A stretch of 64,000 bases of DNA, from positions 39,804,001-39,868,000 of the forward strand of contig NW_026889778.1 in NCBI RefSeq assembly GCF_033153115.1, in the 5' to 3' direction. The notes beneath the pieces were generated by a model. The model ran no database searches. It was not told the origin of the DNA and saw only the letters and a program-made list of their open reading frames with translations. A program made the position numbers and the translations under genes. Source of the DNA: Saccostrea echinata (Eukaryota). Below are positions 38,501 to 49,700 of this stretch, in pieces. Within the stretch, counting starts at the first letter, position 1, and each line of letters starts with the position of its first letter.

Positions 38501-39795
38501 AATGTAGAAAACGTTCTGCACTTTAATGGTTTAGAACAATAAACTGATAACATGATAACATACTTAAACTGTGTACAAACAAAAGGTTCAATATTTGTCA
38601 ATAAAGATAAACTTTGGAGTGTATTTGAACAACAAGCTTCTACCATTGGTGAGCAGCGATCTCATTTTACCTACATCATATGATCAGTTTACAAGTCCAT
38701 GATAAATGTTTATGAGAAACTGTAGTGTTGTTGTAGAATTCCAAAATGAATGAGTCAGTGTTTTTGTCATCATATTTAGTTCAAGATACTGCAGAATATT
38801 GAAAGATTTAGTGAAACAATAAATAATACATTTGTCCCTTGAATTCAAACATATTATTAAGTATATAGTCAAGTGGGTTCAATAGTTATCACCTTGTACT
38901 GAAGAGTACAAATATTTAATTTTGGTGTTGCAGATGCAAATAAGTATAAATTGTTAGAGGTAAAATACTGGAGTAACTATATCCTGACAATGTGCATACA
39001 TGTTATCAATTATTTAATTTGATGGAGTGGTTGGAAGCACATCAGACTTTAATGCCTTAAATTAATTCTAGACTAAGGACATTTTTACAAGCTGGTACAT
39101 TATTACACTTGTGGTAGATTGCCGGTGGCCAGTTAGCTCAGATGGTAGGGCATCTGACTAGTGATTCAGGGAACCCTGGTTGAAATCCTGGTCTGGTTAT
39201 CACATTTTCTCCCCTCCTGTTACATACTTAATAGCAGTGTTTTCCCTTTATTTCTAAGTAAAAGGTTAGAGACCATTGTAACAGGCTTTGGGTTGAAGTT
39301 TATGACAAAACTCTGTGGACCTTACAACAACTTAATTTTGATTTTTCAAAATTTACATGTATTTTTATTATTCTGAAGCGGGATTTTTATCAATGGAAGC
39401 GGTCGATTTGGCCGGTAGTCTGTTCTTAGGGAAAACACTGTAATAGTCATCACATGACCAAGGATCAAGATGACATCTTATCAAACTATATGAAATTTTA
39501 ATACCTTATTGCAGTATTCATTAAAACATTCACCAATTAATACAAAACAATTGTTAATGACTGTTGACATTTGATATATGTGACATGATGATGCATTGTC
39601 TCTATACATTGTTCATGTTGTTACAAAACAAATATTAATGTTGACAGTTGTAGGAATAATAAATTAAAAATCATAACATTTTATACTAAAACTGTAATGA
39701 AATAATTACCTTGGATTATGTAAATAAACATCAGCTCTCACAGACTTCCATAAAACAAGACAAACAGTCAACAAGACAAAGTGAAAGTTACTCAT
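29520..39795 (-). CDS. DD3-3-family protein, membrane-anchored form (signal peptide + DD3-3 core + extra beta domain + TM + short tail), 762 aa, 14 exons
   Basis: Exons (5'->3'): 39795-39710, 37301-37248, 36390-36304, 35936-35841, 35294-35156, 34610-34491, 34217-34062, 33608-33406, 32585-32367, 32099-31929, 31224-30989, 30759-30543, 30336-30225, 29912-29520. All GT-AG and phase-consistent; 2289 nt. Motifs [100 protein letters not shown] segment [22 protein letters not shown] followed by RR. Confidence 0.88.
37498..37675. mobile_element. Tc1/mariner(pogo)-type MITE
   Basis: TA|CAGTGAAACCTGTCTAATCAGACA ... TGTCAGATTAGACAGTTTTCACTG|TA. Confidence 0.8.
38058..38402. mobile_element. Inverted-repeat element (MITE-like) in intron 1 of the membrane DD3-3 gene
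   Basis: GAGTTATTTCCCTTGGCTGCCATCTTGTAGGTCAA (~38091-38125) mirrors TTGACCTACAATATGGCAGCCATGGGAAATAACTC (~38333-38367). Outer ATAGATGGT/ACCATCTAT match. Confidence 0.6.
39110..39224 (+). mobile_element. 115-bp solo LTR containing a tRNA-like sequence (Helenus-type non-autonomous LTR element)
   Basis: TGT...ACA termini; flanks CACT/TACT (4-bp TSD, one mismatch). Internal box A TAGCTCAGATGG, anticodon-like arm CTGA-CTAGTGA-TTCAG, box-B-like GGTTGAAATCC. Confidence 0.6.
39235..39440. mobile_element. hAT-like MITE, 13-bp TIR, 6-bp TSD
   Basis: TAATAG|CAGTGTTTTCCCT ... AGGGAAAACACTG|TAATAG. Confidence 0.75.
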
Positions 39796-40320
39796 TTTGT
39801 CTTTGACTTCACACACAGTCTACTTAAAAATTTGCTTCAGTCTCTGTATTCGAGGTGTGTCAATATTTAAATCAAGCAGTAATTTCATCCAACCCCAAAT
39901 TAGGGAAACTGGACACCCTGTGACGTAGATAAGTATCGCAAGCACAGTAAATTATCGTATACACCGTTTACACATTATCTGACTCATGGTCACTCAACAT
40001 CCTGATTCCCTTTCTGCGTAAATATTCCGCGCGCAGGTATAGTTCGTAAATGATTTAAGTTCACGTTTTGAAAGAGTTTATTTATAAATAAGTTACTATA
40101 CTTTAAACTTAATTCTTAATTTTGATATTGGTAGGCACAAGAACTTCTAAGTGAAAATAGATTGTTGGTGTATATAAAGTTGCATTTACAAAATATCTAC
40201 TTTCATTTTCACGCGAATGAATATTATTTACAATGTGTATTTTGATCGCAGGTGAGGACTGAGGTGTGTAACTGTGTTACAGTATAACTGGCAGAGAGGA
40301 TAACAATAATAAAGGTAAGA
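39796..40320. promoter_or_regulatory. Putative bidirectional promoter of the two DD3-3 genes
   Basis: Lies between divergent ATGs at 39795(-) and 40720(+). CRE-like TGACGTA 39921-39927; AP-1 TGACTCA 39980-39986; CpG-containing patch. Likely + strand 5'UTR exon 40252-40314 (CAG acceptor, AAG|GTAAGA donor). Confidence 0.55.
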
Positions 40321-40719
40321 AAACACATAACAAACATACACGTAAATTTATTTAGGAAAAATCTTCCCTATTTATTGCCAAATGTGTAACGTTAGTGGGA
40401 AGATAATGAGGAAAAAAAAAATTCACGATAGTGTCAGCTGATAGAACCATGTATACTCTCCCATTTGTGAATTTTCAAAAAAAAAAAAAAAAAAATGAAG
40501 TTTTAAATTGAAAACACTAGCCTGTTATATTGGACGGACTATTAAGGGATATCGTAATGAAGAACTGAGTGTACTCCCTATAAAGGACAGTAACTCTGGC
40601 TTATAAAATGTATACATTATAGCAGATAAAAATAAAATGATTTAATTTTGTTGAAGTTTGATATTATAGACTTTTTCACATATTTTATGTAATTTCTTTT
40701 TTTTTGTTTTGATTTTAGA

Positions 40720-43700
40720 ATGAGGAGGCTGGTTCAGTTCTGTGCCTGTATGTTGCTGCTCCACCAAGTTGGAGCAGATTTGTACTTGCATATGCCAAGA
40801 GGCAGCAACAATAGACTTAACGAGGCCACAGCAACAAGGGCTAATGCTAACAGGGTGTTTGATTCACAGGTATGCCCAGTAACATTATACAATTATGGAC
40901 CTGTTTAGAAGGGAGACATCACAAATTATCTAGTCTAGGGTATCACCTGAGCCCGATGGTGACAACCCTACTCAGACCTAATAATTTGTGATGTCTCCCT
41001 TCTAAACAGGTCCATAATAGTTTTATTATCCTGATTGAAGAATCTGAATTTTATAAAATAGAATAGGATATGTCAATCAAACCTCTTGTGTTATCCTTAA
41101 CCCACTGTTCTGATTCCATACCGAGGGTACTTTCGAAATATATCAACAGACAATTTTGAGGTCACCATTAGAATTTATTGTTTACCAATACTGCATATAT
41201 ATCAATTATATATGAGAGGAACCTTGCTTATGACATTTTATTGTCATCTAAAGGGAGATAACACAGTTGCAAGTCTGCTCCCTTGCGCTATTTTATTGTC
41301 ATTTGAAGGGAGACAACACAGTTGTTACCCCATGTGTGAGGGGACATCACAGATTGTCTCCCTGCATGTGATGTTCTCTAGACCAATCAGATTAACTGTA
41401 TTATTCTGAAGGATAATAATGCTATAATTGCTTACCTTCTTGTATTTAACCCTAAAAATAGGTAATAACCTGTAGACTTTATAAAGCCTAAAATGACCCT
41501 CTGTTCAAGTATGATAGTTACATGTAAACTATGATAAAGTTAAAAGGAGTTGAACCCTTTTGCATACTTAGAAGATACAATTATATTAATTAGAATTTGT
41601 GCACCATAGTATTTTTTGTGTGTGTATGTGTGTGAAAACATCAGCTACCATACATGTAGCACAGTTTTTTTTTGTACAAAGACTGTTTTAAAAAACAATG
41701 TTGCAGAATTTTTTATGACCTTTATAGTCCATGCCATTTATATCTGTTTAAAAGGTGTGAGTGAAATAATCAAATATTTTTATATTGACATCATTTACAG
41801 AACAACAACAGAGGGGGTTACAACGTGGGAGATGTGGATAAAGACAAATCAGGAAACAATGAAGGAAACCAGTATAGAATGGTAAGTACCATGAGAGAAT
41901 GGTATTAAATGGTAGGTACCACAAGAGAATGCTTAAATGGTATAGAAGTACCCTGACAGAATGCTAAAATGGTATACAATGGTAGGTACCATGAGAGAAT
42001 GCTAAAAACCTGGTAATATAGAACTGCAAGTATTACTGGGAGAGAATAAATCAGCTACAACATGGTGAATACCAGTAATAATATTTAAAACGGTATAGAG
42101 TAGTATAAAACTATACAACAAATCAATGGAAGCAGTATAGAAAGTACTGTAGATTACTAAAGCAGTATAGAAAGTACTGTAGATTACTAAAGCAGTATAG
42201 AAAGTACTGCAGATTGCTACAGCAGTATAGAAAGTACTGCAGATTACTAAAGCAGTAAAGAAAGTACTGCAGATTACTAAAGAAGTATACAAAGTATTCA
42301 GAATTCCAGATTTACTTAAGCAGTATAGAAAGTACTTCAGATTACTAAAGCAGTATGCAAAGTACTGCAGACTACTAAAGCAGTATAGAAAGTACTCCAG
42401 ATTACTAAAGCAGTATACAAAGTATTCGGAATTCCAGATTACTTGAGCAGTATAGAAAGTACTTCAGAGTACTAAAGCAGTTCAGATTATAACAGTGTAG
42501 AAAGGACTCTAGATTTTTAAAGCAGTATAGAAAGTACTGCAGATTAATAAATGGCAGTATAGAGAGTACTCCAGATAACTAAAGAGGTATGAAAAATACT
42601 TCAGATCACTAAAGCATTGTAGAAAGTACTTCAGATTAAAAATGTATAGGAATTACTAAAGCAGTATAAAAAGTACTGCAGATTACTAATTTGAAAGCAT
42701 TATAAAATGTATTCTGGAATACTAAAGCAGTCTAGAATGGCTAGTAACATATATTAATTAAACATGGGGGACTCATAAATACCATACATTGAGGAGACCT
42801 TGTACAGATAAATGACATAAGGTGCCATAAAGATTTAAAGAAGCAGACATTTTATTCATTGATCATCATCATAGGTTTCAGCACTTTCTGCATAAATTCA
42901 TAACAAAATATGCCAGATAACAAATATGTAAGTGGCATGGAAATTAAAAAAAATATTTGGAATGAAATGTGAATTTTGATTTTAGTATTCAATTAGCTAT
43001 GTAGGTGGAGGTGGTTTTGACCCACACCTGATATAGATTTCATTTCTAGTGTGTATAATGAATAAAATGTCAGTATCATGTTTTGAAGAAATAGAAAAGT
43101 TAACATAAATCGCAAAATCAGAAATGTGGGTGTGATACCGTTGAACCTTTTTGTGACAAGCTGCTATAATGGTGGCTTGTCATGAAAACATGCAACTGTT
43201 CAACAATTTGCAAGTTTTTTTCCGTAATTTTATCCCCAAATTGTTATAGAATTACTGTCTCAAGGAAAAAAGCATCAATAACCCTTAAAGCTGACCTAAA
43301 TTTACAATCACAAGACTTATAAAAGTATTTACTGGTAATTGGTCATGACACAAACTATTCTGGATGCTCAAGTGGTGCATGAAGATTGTCACAGACTGAA
43401 CACTGCAATATATGATGCAAGCTTTAAAGCATTTTGAATTTAAATGAATTTGAAGTATATGATATTGAAATTTAATGTTTACATGGTAGTTCTAAACAAG
43501 CAATAATTGTACAATCTTAAAATATTTCACTTTGTATCATAGTACATATGCACTATGTAAATTATGTAAAGCGATCAGTATAAAATGACTCAAGAATATT
43601 CTTCTGTCTCTCAAGGAAGCAGATTTAACATAGTATTAAATAATGACACTGGTTTTCAACCTCAGAAGTCCGTATAGAGGAAGCTGTGTTAGTTTCAGTT

Positions 43701-46700
43701 ACAAGATCCAGGAAGTCAGCAATCCTGGATGACTAAATGACAATTACCTTGTGTGTACGATATTGTCAATTACGGCAAACTACTTAACAACGTACGTCTT
43801 CATATTGACGCACCTTAAAATATTACTTAAGTTATAATTTGCATAAATATTTACTTTCTCACTTGAATTTAATCTCATGATTTTGAACTAGATCTATATG
43901 TTACACATCATATCAGATTTTGAATTTTTTTTGCAGATCTTTAGGGGCATTATAACAATATGCAGACCTATATAAATTAAAGACTCATAAACTAGTAATT
44001 TTACACTGTCCACTGGTGTCATGATTACAAAATTTCTGAAAATTTTCAGTTAGGAACAATTTAAAAGGATGAGATTGACTTTGCTTATCACTATACTATA
44101 GATCACCAAATGTTTGTGACACCTTATTTTCTAGAGATAGTTGGTTGATTTATTAAGGAGTGATATGATAAATACAAAAAATGGATACATGAGTGGTATA
44201 TATTTTTGAACCTATTTTGGTTATAAATGATGCAAATAATATTAAAGAAATTGTGAAACTTTTTTTGATGTCCAAAATTCTACCTTTTTGCCATCACCCT
44301 AATAATTCAATCTATACAACTTTTTATTACTTTATAGGACATTTAATATATAGTGAAACTTTGAATGAAATAATTAATATTATTAAAATCTATGCAGCTA
44401 AACTTCATGATACTTAAACAAACACAATCTTCATTCTGATTTTCATAATTTTTGAAAAGTTTGTTTCATCTGTCCTTAAGTGAGGAAAAATTCATGAAAT
44501 TTGGTTGTTGCTGTATGCAAGAATGGAATTTTCACCAGCAGTCTTGTGTAACACCAAAATAAAGGTCTCGTGAATAAAAAGTGATTTACAGTATTCCATA
44601 CATTGCCCACGTGGCGCAGTGGTAAGAGCATCTGCTCTAGAGTCGCAGAGTAAGGAGTTGAACCCACTGTGGGACATGGAGACCAGTCCCTCAGATGAGA
44701 CCATATAAACCAAGGTCCCGTGTCGCAGTAGGTGCTGGCATGATAAAGATCCCTCACTGCTCAATGGCCCTGAGGGCTGAGCATAGGTCAAAATTTGCAG
44801 CTCTCCATCGGCAAGTGGTGGTGTCTCCATATATGTGAAAAATTCTCGAGAGGGATGTTAAACAACAAACAAACAACAGTATTCCATACATATAAAATTC
44901 CTGTGGAAAAAAATTGAAAATATATTCATTTTGTATTGCATTAAAATTTTTTATAGCAATATTTCCAAAGTGGGTCAGCTACCCCAAATGTGAAAGACAA
45001 AACTTACCTGACCGTAGAATGGACCAATCAGCATGGATGTGGGGGGAGTGAGAATACAAACCCCCAGAAACACAACTGTCACATGGTGCTCCAGTACATG
45101 TGTCAGGATGATGTGTCATCACCTGTAGGTAAGTTTCCATAGCAACCTCAGGTAGATATTTTAATCATACACCTAACTCATCCATTTGTAATGGTGCATG
45201 GATGAGTTAGGTGTATGCAGAGAAGCTTTTGTGATACAAACACAGTCAAACCTCATTATCTTGATTCTGAAGGGGCTTTGAGTACTTTGACATATCCGAG
45301 TATTTATAGAGACACATAAAGGTTAAAATACGTAAAGAAAATGAGGGTAGGACTTTGGTCTCACTTAAAACATATCCATGTATTCAGGATATCAGTGTTC
45401 AAGCTAATTTTCAACTGTATACATGTAAATAAAATGAACTAAATCTTAGGCAAGTGAAAAGTTTGCTAATTAGTTCAGCAGGGTAATTATAACCTTTTAC
45501 ACATAGGTACTGCCACTGGACTTTATCTATTTTCTTATCACAAAAAATGTATTCTATGTATTCTCCTATCTGATTTATTAAGTAGGGGGTTATATTTTTT
45601 CTGATAAGAAAGATAGGTAACATCAAGTGTCTGTTGTTTAAGGTGCTTGTAAGAATACTTGTTCACTTATGAGTCCAGATAACATGGTTTAATAATAATT
45701 ATTTTAAATTTGCTTTCAGGTACAGCAGACACTTTAAGAAATGGTGTCTCAACTCAAACTCCGAATCACAACAGGGCTGGTAGTTTAAATGAGAACAAAA
45801 ACACGGCCCAGAACAGAAAGAATAACAATATTAATACGGAGAGGGTGCTGCAGGAATCCTGGGATTGGTACGACAAGTGTTACATGAGAGAGAGAAACAA
45901 AGGTAAGGGGTGGGGGTCTTTATGATCTCCTAGCCAGGAAAGGGTTAAATTATCAGATTAAGAGATAGGTAAAGGGAGGTAACTCATACTTTGTAAAGAT
46001 ATGGAAACATGGGATTGGTACGACAAGTGTTACATGAGGGAGAGAAACAAAGGTAAGGGCACAATTCTCTGATTCCCAGGCAAGAGGTACATATGTAGTT
46101 ATCAAATTCCTAGGTATAAAAAAGGAAGTAGCTGATAATTTGTAATGGGATTGCATCAAGATATCAGTATATAATAGCATCATTGAATCAATTAAAGGTC
46201 AAATTACTTATTCAATTTAGATTTCTGATACTTGAGAATATAAGAAAATGCAAATATTAGTCAAAGAGAGATAACTGCATATGATACAATGCATTAATAT
46301 GGCTTTTATCATTGTTGAAGTTTCATGGGAGCGATCAAATAAGGAGAAACAATTATTACAAAGTTACAAATTCAAACATATTGAACATTTTTAAAAATTA
46401 ATTTATAATCATTAATGAAATTAACTTTACTCAAATCCGGATTCAGACATTTTATCTTAAATGTTCAAATTTCTCATGGTAGGACTGTTTAATGCTGACC
46501 AGAAGCTAAAGTCAAACAATGGGCTGGGATTTAGTAGTGCCATCTACACTCGTCAGAATCCCAATGGGAATCGCTATGGTTACGAGTGCCCAGAGGAACG
46601 TGATCACTTCCCCTATTGGCATCCCACCCCCAGGACTGATGTTGCCATCCTAACAGATAATACATCTCTTTGTAGGTAGGTGTCAACATTTTTTGTAAAC

Positions 46701-49700
46701 ATGCAGTGACAAGAAATGTAGTTATAAAGGTAGAAAAAAAAGTCTCAAAAGTATTAATATTTAAGGGGGACATTTTTTTTTTAAAAACTTGAAACAAAAA
46801 ATTAGCTATTTATTTAGCATGGATTTTTTTAGTCTTTCCTTATATGATACATGTACATGTATATGAATATTTGTTTTTCATTTAAAAAAAAAACAACAAA
46901 AATGTGACTCTTTATTGCATTTATGAAATAGTTTAAGATGCATCTCTGAAGTTATGTACAAAAGCTACCTATAATTTTTAAAAAATATAAAATCTTTTAT
47001 TTCTTTATTGCAGTTTCTTTGAGGAGGGAAGTTTTAACAGGAAGGCTTACGGAGAGTGTATAGAAGAGTACGGTGATGGTAGTCGTAAACACTGGTCTCG
47101 CTGGAACAACAGACAAGAATGTACAGAAAATGGTGGACAGTGGGTGGAGCTTAGCAGCTATATTGAAAAAGCTACACGTATGTATATAAACTGTTTTCAT
47201 TAACTTATTTCTTTATTCATATTTTATATTTTTTTTATATCCAGTAATCTGTAAGGGAATAATTGTCATTTATATGACCCCCCCCTTCTCTCAGTTACCA
47301 GAAGCATTTGTATTATTAACTTAAATCCTGTACAAAATTTCAGCACTAAACATGTAGCTTTAACAAAATTAAAACATCTTTGAGACACAATACAGTGCAC
47401 ATAACAGGTAATTTTAAGACATGCAAAAATTAAGTCATTGAAAAAAAAATCATCTTTAAACCATCAAAGTATTTGATCAATTATAACATATATAGACAGA
47501 TGGCATTAAGATGATTTTTACAGTTTTCTTGTTGTTTAAAAGTTTATGTGTTTGACATGTTGATGTAAATTTCCCAGAATTCACCTCTGAAGGTCAGTGC
47601 ACATCTCAGGCGGCGCAGGGAAACAGGTACGTCTGGGCAGTGCCATACGATGCCACTGACGTCACCAAGAAAGAGTGTCTAGTTCAGGCGCCACCAATAG
47701 ACTGTCAACAGGCAGACTGGTCAAGGTAGGGGAATTAAGCATTTAAAAAACTGCCTATAAAACACAAATTTCTGTCAAGATGAATTATTTAGTGTGCCCA
47801 ATGTGATAACAAATAACAGAAAATAACTAAATCATTTTACTTGTATCAGTAAGCAGAGAATAATTAATTGTTTTTTTTCAGCACTTGAATCTTACATATA
47901 TGTCAGTAAAATGATTACTTTAAACTCTTTACAGATCAAATCATCTTGGAAATGGTATAAATGGAGAGGCCAATCGCTATCAATGGGCTCTGCCATATTT
48001 CCCATCCAACAAAGACAAGAGATGTGTGTTTAGGATGAGGTAATGTCTTTCATAATACAAGTATGTTAATATATAGGATCAGTAATTATTCCAACAGCAT
48101 ATTATAACCTATTGAGTCCATATCAATATTATTTCTTCAGCCAGTCTATATATATTGTACTGCCTTTAAACATCTGATAAATGTCTTCTTTTTAAAGCCA
48201 AATCAAGCTGTACATGTAATTTTATTTATGCCCCTCAACTGTACATCAAAACAGTTATTATATGATTAAATTACAAATAAAATTTTATTTTTGTTTTCAG
48301 GTACAACATTTCCACAGATGACTATGCCCCTTATTCCACTGATAGCTCTAGGAATTTGTAAGTAATTGCTGATTTTAATTAATTTTTAAAAATTTTTCCT
48401 ACTCTCTATGTAAACATTTAAATCCTATCCTACATCAGCACTCAAGCATTCTCAATGGGAGATTTAAAAAAAAAAGAGTTAATTTAAGTAAGAACACACA
48501 CTGTATAAGTAGAATTTTTAGCAAAGATTCAATTTTGGCATTAAATTATTACTAAGAGTGTTAGATCGCTAAATTTGAATATTGCTAACAGTTCATTCCA
48601 TATAGGAGATAGCAGCTATCTTTCTTGGCACCATAAAATCACTAAAATTAATTCTCACTGAAAATGTATACCAATTTTTTTAGGGCAAATCGCTAAATTT
48701 GTGTCTAGCTAAAAATTCCACTATATGGTAATGCCAACATTGTATGTCTATGAATGTAAAATGTTGTGAAATTGTTTGAGAATACAGATAAAATGATAAA
48801 GAGGAAATCTTCCAATGTTATAGGATATTGTAGCCCTAATTTTTTAGTTCATAAAAGAAATCGATAATTGTTCAAAAATGTAAAGAATTTTCTTTTATTC
48901 ACAGAAATAATGGAATAGAGGGTATTACCTCCCCTATCGAGGACAACCCATATGTTGATGTTGGAGGTAGATCTGCCCTTCGGTTGAACATCAACACCGA
49001 CCAGACAGGGCGTATATTCCAGGACCGCAGTCACCTCTTTAAGCTCCTCACCAGACCATCCTCCATCCAATCAGATAACATCTTCAACATAAATGTCCGA
49101 GGAAAGCGCGGAAACATAGTGCAGACATACCCAGCTGTGGAGTACGATTTTATCCCTAATAATCTACAGTTGTCAGAATCAGACTCCGTACATATACAGT
49201 GGACAGGATCAAATTCACATAACAATGGTGGGGGTGGAGGTGATGGACAGGCTGGGGATGAGGGTCAAGGCACTGGAGGTGAGTGAGCAGGTGGACATAA
49301 AAACTCTTGTTGAGATTGTCCCTGTAGATATAGAAATGAATGGGAGAATTTTAGATAATATCATAAACTTTTTATCATACAGGTATATAGCAAATGAATT
49401 TAATTTGGTTTAAAATTTCTTCAAAAAATGTCTTTTATTTGAATCTGAATGCCACTGTGAAGCATATCATACATATATTAGTTAAACATTTTCTTGCTAC
49501 AGTATTTTTAAAACCTGGTCGAAGAGCGTTCAAACTTAGGGAGACAACCAGTTCATAGAATATGTTTATAGATTTTCTGATCTGCTAAGGGATGACTTTT
49601 GGCTCTTTTCCAGGCACTGACAGAAGCAATATTGTACAGATTGCTGATCTGAATGATAATTTTCCGATGCCTTTTGAAAAGACCAATATGTGGACAAATG

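Noticed and set aside
39125-39205. tRNA-Thr gene
   Set aside because: The acceptor stem does not pair well, the T-loop is mutated, and the sequence is enclosed in LTR-like termini.
42002-42292. Repetitive ORF ([10 protein letters not shown])n
   Set aside because: Antisense translation of the 30-bp intronic minisatellite.
44476-44830. Two minus-strand ORFs of 93 and 112 aa
   Set aside because: Antisense readings of the TSD-flanked SINE.
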